A stretch of 64,000 nucleotides of DNA from an uncultured Chloroflexia bacterium (GTDB taxonomy: Bacteria; Chloroflexota; Dehalococcoidia; UBA2979): NCBI GenBank assembly GCA_963728205.1, contig CAVSIV010000001.1, positions 896,001-960,000 of the forward strand. Direction: 5' to 3'. The position numbers and the translations under genes are program-made. Shown here one piece after another: positions 11,059 through 23,203 of the stretch (its first letter is position 1; every line of letters begins with the position of its first letter). The notes beneath the pieces were generated by a model. It ran no database searches. It was not told where the DNA came from and saw only the letters and a program-made list of their open reading frames with translations.

Positions 11059-12537
11059 TTGGCAATCACCACCGAGCGACTGCCGAAGTCCCGCGTCGCT
11101 CTCGAGATCCAGGTCGAGCCCGACCGCGTCGAAGCTTCCATGGAGAAGGCCGCCCGGCGTCTCGCCGAGCGTGTCCGCATCCCCGGATTCCGGCCGGGCA
11201 AGGCTCCCCGCAACATCGTCGAGCGTCGGCTGGGCCGCGGTGCGATCCTCCAGGAGGCGCTCGAGGAGCTGCTCCCCGGCGTCTACAACGAGGCCATCGA
11301 GACCGAGCAGATCGACGCCATCGACCAGCCCGAGTTCGACCTCAAGTCGACCGATCCGCTCGTCGTCTCCGCGACCGTCCCCGTGCGGCCAACCGTCGAC
11401 CTCAAGGACTACGAGTCGCTGCGGGCGCCGAAGCCCGCGGCTGAGGTCACCGAGGAGCAGGTCCAGGACACGCTGACCGCCATCCGCCGCCGCTACGCGA
11501 CGCTCGAGCCGGTCGACCGCGCGCTGCAGTGGAACGACACCGTGCGCGCGGACGTCACCGTCTCCGTGGAGGGCCAGAACGACGCGCACGAGGAAGAGGA
11601 CGCGGAGTTCGCGCTGCGCGAGGGAGGCGTCGTCTCGCTGCCCGGCTTCGTCGAGCGGCTGATTGGCCTCGAGCGCGGCGGCCCGTACACCATCGAGTTC
11701 ACGCTGCCGGATGACTTCGGCGGCCCCGAGCTTCAGGGCAAGCAGGCCACCTACACCGTCACCGTGAAAGAGGTGAAGCAGGAGGTCCTTCCCGATCTCG
11801 ACGACGAGTTCGCGCAGTCGCTGGACGAGGGCTTCGACAGCGCCGCGGCACTCGAGGAGCGCGTGCGCGGCGACCTCGCGGCCGAGGTCGAGCGGCGCGT
11901 CTCCGACGAGTACGACGACGAGATCGTCGACCTGCTCGTCGCGACGGCCGACCTCGACTACCCGGAGGTGCTCGTCGAGCGCGAGATTGACCGTCTGATC
12001 GACCGCGAGTCGAACCACGCCTCGCACACGCAGGAGGGGCTGCAGAACTGGCTCGACGCCATCGGCAGCACCCTCGAGGAGGTGCGCGACGGGCTGCGCG
12101 AGCCGGCCGATCTCGCCGTGCGCCGCGCGCTTGCGCTGGGCGAGCTCGTGACGGCCGAGGAGGTCACGGTGTCCGACGCGGACGTCGACGCCGAGATTGA
12201 CCGCCTCGTCGACCAGCTCTCCGGCGGCGACGAGGATGAGTCGCGGCGCACCACGGCGCGCTCGCTGGTCGACACGCCGCAGGGGCGGGATTCGATCCGC
12301 AACCAGCTGATCACGCAGGCCGCGATCAAGCGGCTGGAGGAGATCTGCTCGCAGCCCGAGGAGGCGGAGGGCGAGCCCGGCGCGGCCCGCCGCGGCTCGC
12401 GGCGTCGTCGCGGCTCGCGCGGCGCCGATGAGGGCGCCGAGGGCGCGGACGGGTCCCCGGCGGCCGAGGCGAGCGACGACGAGCCGGCTGAGGCCGAGGA
12501 CGCGCCGGCGGCGACCGCCGACGGGCCCCAGGCCTGA
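11059..12537 (+). CDS. tig: Trigger factor
   Basis: [10 protein letters not shown] ribosome-binding loop, FKBP-like middle domain, LPDLDDEFA; upstream of clpP-clpX. TTG (11059) or GTG (11050) start. Confidence 0.95.
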   Translation: MAITTERLPKSRVALEIQVEPDRVEASMEKAARRLAERVRIPGFRPGKAPRNIVERRLGRGAILQEALEELLPGVYNEAIETEQIDAIDQPEFDLKSTDPLVVSATVPVRPTVDLKDYESLRAPKPAAEVTEEQVQDTLTAIRRRYATLEPVDRALQWNDTVRADVTVSVEGQNDAHEEEDAEFALREGGVVSLPGFVERLIGLERGGPYTIEFTLPDDFGGPELQGKQATYTVTVKEVKQEVLPDLDDEFAQSLDEGFDSAAALEERVRGDLAAEVERRVSDEYDDEIVDLLVATADLDYPEVLVEREIDRLIDRESNHASHTQEGLQNWLDAIGSTLEEVRDGLREPADLAVRRALALGELVTAEEVTVSDADVDAEIDRLVDQLSGGDEDESRRTTARSLVDTPQGRDSIRNQLITQAAIKRLEEICSQPEEAEGEPGAARRGSRRRRGSRGADEGAEGADGSPAAEASDDEPAEAEDAPAATADGPQA

Positions 12538-12574
12538 TTCACCCATTCGATACGCGACGGGAAGCGAACGCACC

Positions 12575-13213
12575 GTGACACCAGGACTGGCCCGCCCGGA
12601 AGACTTCTCCCCAGGATTCCTCAAGCCGTCGAACATCGTGCCGATGGTTGTGGAGACGGGGCCGCGCGGTGAGCGCGCCTACGACATCTACTCGCTCCTG
12701 CTCAAGGAGCGCGTGGTGTTCCTGGGCACGCCCATCGACGACCAGGTCGCCAACTCGATCGTCGCCCAGCTCCTCTTCCTCGACCGCGAGGACCCGGAGC
12801 GCGACATCTCGCTCTACATCAACTCGCCCGGCGGCATGATCTACGCGGGATTGGCCATCTACGACACGATGAACCTGATCCGCGCCGACGTGTCGACCAT
12901 CGCCGTGGGCGTCACCGCGTCCATGGGCACCGTGCTGCTCACGGCCGGCGCGAAGGGCAAGCGCTTCGCGCTTCCGAACGCCACCATCCACATGCACCAG
13001 GCGCTCGGCGGCGGCAGCGGCCAGGCCGCGGACGTCGAGATCCAGGCCCGCGAGATCATCCGCAACAACGAGAAGATCCGCAAGATCCTCTCCGATGCCA
13101 CAGGGCAGCCGATGGACCGCATCAAGCAGGACACCGACCGCGACATCTACCTGACGGCGGAGGAAGCCCAGGCCTACGGGCTCGTCGACGAGATCCTGAC
13201 GAAGCCGTCCTGA
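12575..13213 (+). CDS. clpP: ATP-dependent Clp protease proteolytic subunit
   Basis: [30 protein letters not shown]. Start uncertain (12575 GTG or later). Confidence 0.96.
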   Translation: MTPGLARPEDFSPGFLKPSNIVPMVVETGPRGERAYDIYSLLLKERVVFLGTPIDDQVANSIVAQLLFLDREDPERDISLYINSPGGMIYAGLAIYDTMNLIRADVSTIAVGVTASMGTVLLTAGAKGKRFALPNATIHMHQALGGGSGQAADVEIQAREIIRNNEKIRKILSDATGQPMDRIKQDTDRDIYLTAEEAQAYGLVDEILTKPS

Positions 13214-13259
13214 GCGTCGGCTCACACCGAACGCCGGGCGGGAGAAACACGGGGAAACC

Positions 13260-14567
<1,308 letters not shown>

Positions 14568-14598
14568 GTCCGACCGCGCCGCCGGCCCGACCGCGCCG

Positions 14599-14769
14599 CG
14601 GCGAGCAGGGGATGTGAGGCCGCTGTTTCCGGCAGCGCGCAACGCACTGGTCGCCTCGCGCAGCGGGACCGCCGCGTCGGCGATCTCCGCGCCCACCGCC
14701 CGCGGCGGTGCAGAGGAGTTGCCCCGTCCGGCGACCCCGGAAACACACGCTGACGCCTGCTGCTCGCCG
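14599..14769. other. Long nested hairpin; candidate structured RNA or degenerate miniature element
   Basis: Four nested complementary pairs: 14599-14607/14761-14769, 14624-14632/14737-14745, 14649-14655/14730-14736, 14668-14676/14701-14709. Confidence 0.45.
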
Positions 14770-14819
14770 ACGCCCGTCCGGCCACCCGTCGCCCGATGCT
14801 ATGCTCCGCTGCTGTGACC

Positions 14820-15608
14820 ATGACCGACACACCACCTCCCCGCCGGCGACCCAGGCGCCAGCGCCTCGACGTGCTGCTCGTCGAGCGCGGGCTCGCGCCC
14901 AGCCGCGAGCGCGCGCGCGCGCTCATCCTCGCGCGCGAGGTGCTCGTGGCGGGCGCGCCCGCCATGCGCGCCGCTGCGCCCGTCGACGTGGACGCCGCCA
15001 TCGAGGTGAAGGCGACCCCGCCGTTCGTCAGCCGCGGCGGCGAGAAGCTCGCCGGCGCGCTCGCGCGGACCGGCGTGCTGGTGGCCGGGCGCCGCTGCCT
15101 CGACGTCGGTGCGTCGACCGGCGGCTTCACCGACTGCCTGCTGCAGGCGGGCGCCGCGCACGTCACCGCCGTCGACGTTGGCTACGGCCAGCTCGCCGCC
15201 CCACTGCGCGACGACCCGCGCGTCGAGGTGCGAGAGCGCACCAACGCGCGCGACCTCGCCCCCCTCGACGAGCCCGTGGACCTCGTGGTGATGGACGTGT
15301 CGTTCATCTCCGTCACGACGGTCCTGCCCGCCGTGCTGGCCTCGGCGCGGCCCGGCGCGGATCTGCTGCTGCTCGTGAAGCCGCAGTTCGAAGCGGGACG
15401 CGAACAGGTCCAGTCCGGGGGCGTCGTGCGCGACCCGCTCGTGCACGCCTCCTGCGTGGGCCGTGTCGCCCGCCGGGCGAGCGAGCGGGGACTGCGCGTG
15501 CGTGGTGTCGTGCGCTCGCCGCTCGTCGGCCCCGCCGGCAATCGCGAGTTCTTCCTCTGGCTGCGCGTCCCCGCGGATGGCCCCGTCGCAGGGAGCGCGG
15601 CCGCATGA
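14820..15608 (+). CDS. tlyA: TlyA family rRNA 2'-O-methyltransferase
   Basis: RLDVLLVERGL S4 domain, FVSRGGEKL, DVGASTGGFTDCLLQ, DVSFIS, VKPQFE, GNREF. Confidence 0.95.
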   Translation: MTDTPPPRRRPRRQRLDVLLVERGLAPSRERARALILAREVLVAGAPAMRAAAPVDVDAAIEVKATPPFVSRGGEKLAGALARTGVLVAGRRCLDVGASTGGFTDCLLQAGAAHVTAVDVGYGQLAAPLRDDPRVEVRERTNARDLAPLDEPVDLVVMDVSFISVTTVLPAVLASARPGADLLLLVKPQFEAGREQVQSGGVVRDPLVHASCVGRVARRASERGLRVRGVVRSPLVGPAGNREFFLWLRVPADGPVAGSAAA

Positions 15609-16513
15609 CCGCGGAGCCGTTCGCCTCGCCCGCGCGGATCGCGATCTGCTTCCGGCACACCGTGCCCGGCGCGCACGACCTCGCCGCGCGCCTGGCGCAG
15701 CTGGCGCGGGCGCGCGGCGCCCGCGCCGAGCACGACGCCATCCCCGACGCCGGTACGCCCGAGGCGGCGGCGTTCACCGCGCACCTCGCCGAGGTCGACC
15801 TGCTGATCTGCGTCGGCGGCGACGGCACCGTGCTGCACGCGGCCGAGTTCGCCGCCGTCGCCGGCACCCCGATCTTCGGTGTGCGCATGGGCCGGCTGGG
15901 CTTCCTCACGGAGTCGACGGAGTCCGGCGCCGAGGCGGAGCTGTCGGCGGTGCTCGAGGGCGCGGCGCGGCTCGACCGCCGCGCGATGGCGCGCGTGGTC
16001 GCCGACGACGGCGTCGAGTTGCACGCCCTCAACGACGTCGTCATCGGCCGGCATACCATCGGCCGCACGGTGTCGGTCGGCGTGCGGCTCGACGGCGTGC
16101 TCGTCGCCGAGTACCGCGGCGATGCGGTCGTCGTCGCCACGGCGACCGGTTCGACGGGCTACGCGCTCTCGGTTGGCGGGCCGATCCTCCACCCCACCTC
16201 GCAGGAGCTGGTCGTGGTTCCCGTGGCGCCGCACCTCACGCGCTCGAACGCCCTCGTGCTGCCGTCGGACGCGCGCATCCGGCTCTTCGTCGCGCGCGGC
16301 GAGTCGGCGATGCTGACGGTGGACGGCAGCCACGAGCAGCCGGTGCAGACGGGCGCGCTGGTCGAGGTGTCGCGCTCGCCGCGCAGTGTCGCGTTCGTGC
16401 GGCTCGGCGCGGAGAACCAGTTCTACTCGAACCTCGCGCAGCGGCTCGGCTGGCTGCGCGCCGACCACGAGCTGGGCGCCGAGCCCGCCGACCTCGGCGA
16501 CGACGCCCATTGA
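15605..16513 (+). CDS. nadK: NAD(+) kinase
   Basis: GGDGT, GRLGFL, LNDVV, TATGSTGYALSVGGP. Confidence 0.93.
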   Translation: MTAEPFASPARIAICFRHTVPGAHDLAARLAQLARARGARAEHDAIPDAGTPEAAAFTAHLAEVDLLICVGGDGTVLHAAEFAAVAGTPIFGVRMGRLGFLTESTESGAEAELSAVLEGAARLDRRAMARVVADDGVELHALNDVVIGRHTIGRTVSVGVRLDGVLVAEYRGDAVVVATATGSTGYALSVGGPILHPTSQELVVVPVAPHLTRSNALVLPSDARIRLFVARGESAMLTVDGSHEQPVQTGALVEVSRSPRSVAFVRLGAENQFYSNLAQRLGWLRADHELGAEPADLGDDAH

Positions 16514-16568
16514 CCGCGACGCGGCCCCCCTCGCGCATCTGGCGTGCTGCCCTATCCTTGATCGGGTC

Positions 16569-17090
16569 ATGACCGCAACGCCCCAGCGCCCCGTCGACCT
16601 CACCGGCACCTCGGGTGTCGTGCGCGCCACCGTGCGCGACGCCGAGGGCATCCATCGCCTCGTCAACTTCTGGGCGGCGCAGGGACAGATGCTGCCGCGC
16701 ACGCTCGGCGAGACGTATGAGCACCTGCGCGACTTCTTCGTGATCCGCGAGGGCGAGCAGGTCGTCGCCTGCGGCGCGCTCCACATCACGTGGGCGGATC
16801 TCGCCGAGGTGAAGTCGCTTGCCGTGCAGGAGGACCGCCAGTCGCGCGGCTACGGCCGCGCCATCGTCGAGGCCTGCCACCAGGAGGGGCGCGACCTCGG
16901 GCTCTCGGGTCTGTTCGCGCTCACCTACCGGCCGCAGTTCTTTGAGCGGCTCGGCTGGCGACAGGCCGACGTGATGACGCTGCCGCGCAAGGTCTGGAAC
17001 GAGTGCTACCGCTGCCCGAAGTTCCCCGGCTGCGACGAGATCGCGATGGTGCTCGACCTCGCCGGCGCCGGGTCGGCGCCGGGCGCCTGA
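16569..17090 (+). CDS. argA: GNAT N-acetyltransferase (short ArgA-like N-acetylglutamate synthase)
   Basis: MLPRT...YEHLRDF, LAEVKSLAV, LPRKVWNECYRCPKFPGCDEIAM. Confidence 0.75.
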   Translation: MTATPQRPVDLTGTSGVVRATVRDAEGIHRLVNFWAAQGQMLPRTLGETYEHLRDFFVIREGEQVVACGALHITWADLAEVKSLAVQEDRQSRGYGRAIVEACHQEGRDLGLSGLFALTYRPQFFERLGWRQADVMTLPRKVWNECYRCPKFPGCDEIAMVLDLAGAGSAPGA

Positions 17091-17094
17091 CCTC

Positions 17095-17655
17095 GTGCCG
17101 GACGCGGACGGCGACACGCCCCGCATCCTGCGCTCGACGGTCGAGTTCGAGAGCCACGTCTTCGACGTCGCCCGCGCGCTGATCCGCATGCCCGACGGTC
17201 GCGAATTCGAGCGCGCCGTCGTGCGGCATCCTGGCGCCGTCGCGCTCGTGGTGGTGGACGAAGACGGCCGCTGGCTGCTCGTCCGGCAGTACCGCTACCC
17301 GGCCGGCCAGGTGCTGCTCGAGATCCCCGCCGGCACGCGCGACGGCGACGAGGCGCCCGAGGACACTGCCGCGCGTGAGTGCCGCGAGGAGACGGGGTTC
17401 CGCGCCGGCTCGCTCGTGCGCATCGGCGGCACCTGGATGGTGCCCGGCTACGGCGACGAGTACATCACGTACTTTCTCGCTACCGACCTCATGCACGACC
17501 CGCTCCCCATCGACGAGGACGAGGACCTCTCGCCGCCGGTGCGAATGACGCTCGACGAGGTCTACGCGGCCGTCGATCGCGGCGAGATCCAGGATGCGAA
17601 GACGGTGGCGGCCCTGACGCTGTACGTGCGCCATGTCGCGCAAGCGCGTCTCTAG
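17095..17655 (+). CDS. NUDIX hydrolase (ADP-ribose pyrophosphatase-like)
   Basis: HPGAV, VRQYRYP, Nudix box EIPAG...ARECREETG, IQDAKT. Confidence 0.88.
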   Translation: MPDADGDTPRILRSTVEFESHVFDVARALIRMPDGREFERAVVRHPGAVALVVVDEDGRWLLVRQYRYPAGQVLLEIPAGTRDGDEAPEDTAARECREETGFRAGSLVRIGGTWMVPGYGDEYITYFLATDLMHDPLPIDEDEDLSPPVRMTLDEVYAAVDRGEIQDAKTVAALTLYVRHVAQARL

Positions 17656-17806
17656 CCGAGCCTGCTAGGCGCTTCGGGCAGCCGCGCGCCGGCGGTAGTC
17701 ACACCGCGCATGTGACCTTCTGCCGTGGGGCGCAGCCGGCGCGCGGCTACAGTACGCACATGGTGAGCCGCGCGGACGCGCGTCGACCGCAGAAAGGCCC
17801 CCGGCC

Positions 17807-18019
17807 GTGCTGAAGAACCCGTACGTGATCGGACTGATCGCCGCGATCGTGATCGGCGTCGCCGCCGGCGTCATCGCGTGGCTGCTCGACGAGAGCGCCC
17901 CGCACGTGCTGATTGGCGTGCTGTTCGGGGTCATCGCGTTCTTCGCCGGCGCCGGCGGGCGCGCGCGCTTCGGCGGCCGCGTGACCCCGGACCAGACCAC
18001 CCCGACGCGCTGGGTGTAA
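17807..18019 (+). CDS. Small two-TM membrane protein
   Basis: 70 aa, two hydrophobic helices, SD-like GAAAGG upstream. Confidence 0.6.
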   Translation: MLKNPYVIGLIAAIVIGVAAGVIAWLLDESAPHVLIGVLFGVIAFFAGAGGRARFGGRVTPDQTTPTRWV

Positions 18020-18150
18020 GCGCGCCGACCATTCGGCCGTCCTTCGCGCTTCCGCGCCGGAGGACCGGGCGTCGGCGCGGGCACGCCCGGCGGCGAGCCG
18101 GGCAGCGGCGGCATGCTGCCGCCGCGTGAGGCGCCGCGCCTGCGGCAGCG

Positions 18151-19545
18151 CTACGGGTGCGTCATCTCCTCGGGCCGGACCCACTCGTCGAACTGTTCGC
18201 CCGTGAGCAGCCCCAGCGACTCGCCGGCTTCCTTGAGCGTGCTGTGCTCGGCGTGCGCCTTCTTCGCGATCTTCGCCGCGTTGTCGTAGCCGATGTGCGG
18301 GTTCAGCGCCGTCACCAGCATCAGCGACGACTCCATCAGCTGCCGGATGCGACCGAGGTCCGGCTCGATGCCGACCACGCAGTGCTCGGTGAACGAGCGG
18401 GCCGCATCGGCGAGCAGGCGGATGCTCTGCAGGTTGTTGTAGGCGATCACGGGCTTGAAGACGTTCAGCTCGAAGTGGCCCGTCGCGCCGGCGATGCCGA
18501 CCGTGACGTCGTTGCCCATCACCTGCGCGCAGACCATCGTCACGGCCTCGGACTGCGTCGGGTTCACCTTGCCCGGCATGATCGAGGAGCCCGGCTCGTT
18601 CGCGGGCAGCATCAGCTCGCCCAGACCGGCGCGGGGTCCGGAGCCGAGCAGGCGCACGTCGTTCGCGATCTTCATCATCGAGGCGGCGATGGTCTTGAGC
18701 TGGCCCGAGAGCTCGACCTGGGCGTCGTGCGCCGCCAGCGCCTCGAACTTGTTCGGCGCGGAGACGAACGGCAGGCCGGTGAACTCGGAGATGCGCTCGG
18801 CGACGCGCGTCGCGTACTCGGGGTGCGTGTTCAGCCCGGTACCGACCGCGGTCCCGCCGAGCGCCAGCTCGGAGAGCCGGGGCAGCACGCTCTCCGCCCG
18901 TGTGATCGCGTTCTCGATCTGCCGCGCGTACCCGGAGAACTCCTGCCCGAGTGTCAGCGGCACGGCATCCATCAGGTGCGTGCGGCCGATCTTCACGATC
19001 CCGTCGAACGCGCGCGCCTTTGCCGCCAGCGCGTCGTGGAGCGTGCGCAGCGCCGGCACCAGCTCGTGCACGACCTGCTCCGCCGTCGCAATGCTCATTG
19101 CGCCGGGGAAGGTGTCGTTCGACGACTGCGACATGTTCACGTGGTCGTTCGGATGGACGGGCTGCTTCGAGCCCATCTCGCCGCCGAGCAGCTCGATGGC
19201 GCGGTTCGAGATCACTTCGTTCGCGTTCATGTTGGTCTGCGTGCCGGACCCGGTCTGCCAGACGACGAGCGGGAAGTGCTCGTCGAGCGCGCCGTCGATG
19301 ACCTCGCGCGCGGCCCGGCGAATCGCGCCGGCGAGCTGCGGGTCGAGCTTGCCGACCGCCTCGTTCACCTCGGCCGAGCAGTACTTCACGATGCCGAGCG
19401 CCCGGATCAGCGGCCGCGGCATGCGCTCGATGCCAATCTTGAAGTTCTCGAACGAGCGCTGCGTCTGGGCACCCCAGTAGCGGTCCGTCGCCACCTCGAT
19501 GGTGCCCATGCTGTCCGACTCGATGCGGGTTGCGGCGGCGGCCAT
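18151..19545 (-). CDS. fumC: Class II fumarate hydratase
   Basis: [36 protein letters not shown]. Confidence 0.97.
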   Translation of the reverse strand: MAAAATRIESDSMGTIEVATDRYWGAQTQRSFENFKIGIERMPRPLIRALGIVKYCSAEVNEAVGKLDPQLAGAIRRAAREVIDGALDEHFPLVVWQTGSGTQTNMNANEVISNRAIELLGGEMGSKQPVHPNDHVNMSQSSNDTFPGAMSIATAEQVVHELVPALRTLHDALAAKARAFDGIVKIGRTHLMDAVPLTLGQEFSGYARQIENAITRAESVLPRLSELALGGTAVGTGLNTHPEYATRVAERISEFTGLPFVSAPNKFEALAAHDAQVELSGQLKTIAASMMKIANDVRLLGSGPRAGLGELMLPANEPGSSIMPGKVNPTQSEAVTMVCAQVMGNDVTVGIAGATGHFELNVFKPVIAYNNLQSIRLLADAARSFTEHCVVGIEPDLGRIRQLMESSLMLVTALNPHIGYDNAAKIAKKAHAEHSTLKEAGESLGLLTGEQFDEWVRPEEMTHP

Positions 19546-19654
19546 GCGTGTCCTCCCGGGGGCGTGGAACGCGGGTGAGGCGAGGTGAGATCGCACCGTC
19601 CCGCGGCGGGCCCGATGCGGCTCGGGCACGTCGCGGGACGGTGATGAACGCGGG

Positions 19655-20587
19655 CTAGCCCTTCGGCGTCGCCGCGACCAGCTCCTTCACGGCGTCGCCG
19701 GCCCTGCCCATGCCGGCGAGCTCCTCATCCGACAGCGGGATCTCGTAGACCGCCTGCACGCCGCCGGCGCCGAGCCGAATCGGCGCGCCGACGTAGGCGT
19801 CGGAGACCCCGTACTGGCCGTCGAGCTTCACGCAGGCCGGGACGATGCGGCTCTCTTCGAGCAGGATCGAGTCGACCATCTCGATCGTGGCCGCCGCCGG
19901 CGCGACGAACGCGCTGCCGGTCTTCAGCAGCCCGACGATCTCCGCGCCGCCCTTGGTGGTGCGCTCCACGACCGCCTGCACCTTCTCGGGTGACAGGAGG
20001 GTGGACAGCGGCACGCCGCCGACCGTTGCGTTCGAGACGATGGGGACCATCGTCGCCTCGGTGTGGCCGCCGAGCACCCACGCGCTCACGTCCTTCACCG
20101 ACGCCCCGGTCTCCATCGCGATGAACGTGCGGTAGCGGCTGCTGTCGAGCATGCCGCCCTGGCCGACGACGCGCGCGGGCTCAAAGCCGCTCGTGTCGAG
20201 GGCGACGTGGCACATCGCGTCCATCGGGTTCGCGAAGATCACGAGCACCGCGTCCGGCGAGGCCTTGGCGGCCTGGCCGACGACGCTGCGGACGATGTTC
20301 GCGTTCGTGCCGAGCAGGTCCTCACGGGTCATGCCGGGCTTGCGCGGCACGCCGGAGGTGACGACGACGACGTCCGAGCCCGCCGTCTCCGCCCAGTCGT
20401 TGGTGCCGCGCACCGTGGCGCTGGTGCGCACCCACGGCGTCGCCTCGGAGATGTCGAGTGCCTTGCCCTGGGGCAGGCCCTCGACGATGTCGATGAGCAT
20501 GACGTCGGTGTGTCCGCGCGCGGCGAGCATCTGCGCCATGGTGGCGCCGGTGTTCCCCGCTCCGACGATCGTGACCTTCTTACGCAG
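19655..20587 (-). CDS. mdh: Malate dehydrogenase (LDH-like), probable CTG start
   Basis: [49 protein letters not shown] lies 5 nt before CTG at 20587. Confidence 0.93.
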   Translation of the reverse strand: MRKKVTIVGAGNTGATMAQMLAARGHTDVMLIDIVEGLPQGKALDISEATPWVRTSATVRGTNDWAETAGSDVVVVTSGVPRKPGMTREDLLGTNANIVRSVVGQAAKASPDAVLVIFANPMDAMCHVALDTSGFEPARVVGQGGMLDSSRYRTFIAMETGASVKDVSAWVLGGHTEATMVPIVSNATVGGVPLSTLLSPEKVQAVVERTTKGGAEIVGLLKTGSAFVAPAAATIEMVDSILLEESRIVPACVKLDGQYGVSDAYVGAPIRLGAGGVQAVYEIPLSDEELAGMGRAGDAVKELVAATPKG

Positions 20588-20682
20588 GGTCGTCCTCGAT
20601 TCCGCTGAGGCCGTCGCACGCCGGGCGGCATGGGCGGCCGTTCCGTCGGTAGCGCTGTGATGCGACCGCGAGGCCGGCGCCG

Positions 20683-21903
20683 CTAGGCGCGCTGCATCGC
20701 CGTCTGCAGACCCTCGTCGAGCGCGGCGAGGAACTGATTCGTCGTCAACCACGGCTGATCGGGCCCGACCAGGATCGCGAGGTCCTTGGTCATCGCGCCG
20801 CCCTCGACCGCCTCCACGCACACGCGCTCCAGCGTCTCGGCGAACCTCGCGAGGTCCTTGTTGTCGTCGAGCTTCGCACGATGCGCGAGGCCGCGGGTCC
20901 ACGCGAAGATCGACGCGATCGGGTTGGTCGACGTCTCCTGGCCGGCCTGGTGCTGCCGGTAGTGGCGCGTCACGGTGCCGTGCGCCGCCTCGGCCTCGAC
21001 GATCTGCCCGTCCGGCGTCATCAGCACCGACGACATCAGGCCGAGCGAGCCGTAGCCCTGCGCCACGATGTCCGACTGCACGTCGCCGTCGTAGTTCTTG
21101 CACGCCCAGAGAATGCCGCCGCTGCCCTTGAGCACCTGCGCGACCATGTCGTCGATCAGCCGGTGCTCGTAGGAGATGCCGGCCGCCTCGAACTGGGTCC
21201 TGAACTCGCTGTCGTAGACCTCCTGGAAGATGTCCTTGAAGCGACCGTCGTAGGCCTTGAGGATCGTGTTCTTCGTCGAGAGGTACGCCGGGTACTTGCG
21301 CTGCAGCGCGTAGTTCAGGGACGCGCGCGCGAAGCCGCGGATCGACTCGTCGAGGTTGTACATCCCCATCGCGACGCCGGGCTCTTCGAAGTGCATGACC
21401 TCGTGCTCGAAGCCCTCGCCGCCGTCGTCCGGCACGAAGCGCATCGTGAGCCGACCCTTGCCGGGCACGAGGAAGTCGGTCGCGCGGTACTGGTCGCCGT
21501 GGGCGTGGCGGCCGATCACGATCGGTTCGACCCAGCCCGGGACCAGGCGCGGGATGTTCGTGCAGATGATCGGCTCGCGGAACACCGTGCCGCCGAGGAT
21601 GTTGCGGATCGTCCCGTTCGGCGACTTCCACATCTTCTTCAGACTGAACTCGACGACGCGCGCCTCGTCCGGTGTGATGGTCGCGCACTTCACCCCGACG
21701 CCATGGCGCTTGATCGCCTCGGCGGAGTCGACCGTGACCTGGTCCTCGGTGGCGTCGCGATTCTCGATGGAGAGGTCGTAGTACTCGATCGGGAGGTCGA
21801 GATACGGAAGGACCAGTCGCTCCTTGATGAACCCCCACATGATGCGGGCCATCTCGTCGCCGTCGAGCTCGACGACCGGGTTCGCGACCTTGATCTTCGC
21901 CAT
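20683..21903 (-). CDS. icd: NADP-dependent isocitrate dehydrogenase
   Basis: [50 protein letters not shown]. Confidence 0.97.
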   Translation of the reverse strand: MAKIKVANPVVELDGDEMARIMWGFIKERLVLPYLDLPIEYYDLSIENRDATEDQVTVDSAEAIKRHGVGVKCATITPDEARVVEFSLKKMWKSPNGTIRNILGGTVFREPIICTNIPRLVPGWVEPIVIGRHAHGDQYRATDFLVPGKGRLTMRFVPDDGGEGFEHEVMHFEEPGVAMGMYNLDESIRGFARASLNYALQRKYPAYLSTKNTILKAYDGRFKDIFQEVYDSEFRTQFEAAGISYEHRLIDDMVAQVLKGSGGILWACKNYDGDVQSDIVAQGYGSLGLMSSVLMTPDGQIVEAEAAHGTVTRHYRQHQAGQETSTNPIASIFAWTRGLAHRAKLDDNKDLARFAETLERVCVEAVEGGAMTKDLAILVGPDQPWLTTNQFLAALDEGLQTAMQRA

Positions 21904-22146
21904 GGTGCTCCTCGTCAGCGAACGGGCAGGAAGGCTCACGCGGCGAGCCGCTGGGTCGGTGCGCTGGTACGACCGAGTGGTCAGCGGCGCCGGCGAGGCG
22001 TCAGCCGCCGGGGCATCAGCGGCGGGCGTGGCCGAGTATACGCGGCGATTGGCTCAGAAACACCGGGCCGGAGGGCCCGGGCGGGCTCGGCCAGAGTGCG
22101 GAGCGGGCGCCGCGGGCTCCACACTTGCGCGGGTCGCCGGGCGCCC

Positions 22147-23082
22147 CTAGGCGACGCGCGCCGCCCGCGGCCGATCCATGGAGCGGGCCGCGATCGCCGC
22201 CGCGGACTCGAGCAGCCGTACCTGGTCGGGTCGGATGCCGTTGCGCGCCGGCTCGAGCGCCAGCAGCGACCCGATCCACGCGCGGTCCGCGTCGTACATC
22301 GGCACCACGGCGATGGAGCCGAAGGCCTGCCGCCACTCGGCCATCACGCGGTCGCCGTAGATGTCGGTGTCCTTCACGTCGAGGTTCACGTGCGTGCGTG
22401 CCGAGGCGCCGCGCGACGCGGCCTCGGCAGAGAGGCGAACCCGGCGGCCGTCGAACTCGTTCGGAAAGCGCTGGAGGATCTGCTCGATCGCCAGCCCCTC
22501 GGGTGAGACCAGGCCGAAGAAGACGTTTGCGGTGGGGAGGGCCCGGGCGAGCACCGGCGCGATCGCCGCGGCGACCTCCGCGGGGCTCATCGACTCGACC
22601 GCGGCCTGTGCGGCGAAGGCGAGCAGGCGGTCGCGCGCCTCGAGGGCCGCCTCGAGCTCCTGCGCGCGTCGATGCAGCGCGGTGACGTCCGCGCCGATGC
22701 TGAGGACACTCCAGCCCTCGGCGCTGCGCTCCAGCGGCACGAAGGAGATCTGCAGCCAGGCCTCGTCGCCGTCGCGGGTGCGGTAGCCCACGAGCCGGTT
22801 GCGCTGTGGCTCGCCCGTCGCGCGCGCGATGAAGGCGGGATGCTCGCGCGCCGCGATCTCGCGACCGTCCGCGTCGAAGAAGCGCTGGCCCTCGACGCGG
22901 TCGCGGCCGCGGATGTCGGTGGTGACGCCCAGCGTCTGCCCGAAGGGCGGGCTGGTCTGGACGAAGCGACCCCCGCCGTCGCGCACGGCGACGATGAGGC
23001 CCGAGTCCAGGATCGCGGCCACGGCGCGCGCGAGCGGGTCGCTCGTGCCGGTTCCGCGCACCAGCGACGACAGAGAGCGCAC
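22147..23082 (-). CDS. PAS + GAF sensor protein without output domain
   Basis: PAS/PAC-like segment (WLQISFVPL...IGADVTALH), coiled linker, GAF-like C-terminus (SIAVVPM...IGSL...QVRLLESAA). Confidence 0.65.
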   Translation of the reverse strand: MRSLSSLVRGTGTSDPLARAVAAILDSGLIVAVRDGGGRFVQTSPPFGQTLGVTTDIRGRDRVEGQRFFDADGREIAAREHPAFIARATGEPQRNRLVGYRTRDGDEAWLQISFVPLERSAEGWSVLSIGADVTALHRRAQELEAALEARDRLLAFAAQAAVESMSPAEVAAAIAPVLARALPTANVFFGLVSPEGLAIEQILQRFPNEFDGRRVRLSAEAASRGASARTHVNLDVKDTDIYGDRVMAEWRQAFGSIAVVPMYDADRAWIGSLLALEPARNGIRPDQVRLLESAAAIAARSMDRPRAARVA

Positions 23083-23203
23083 GCGACCTCCTCCACGGCA
23101 CGAGCCCGGTCTCGACGCCTGATCATCGGCGGAACAGCACCGCCCGCGCAGCGTTGCGCGGGCGGTTGCGGCGGCCGGGGAGCCGCCCGGTGCGATTCGG
23201 CGC

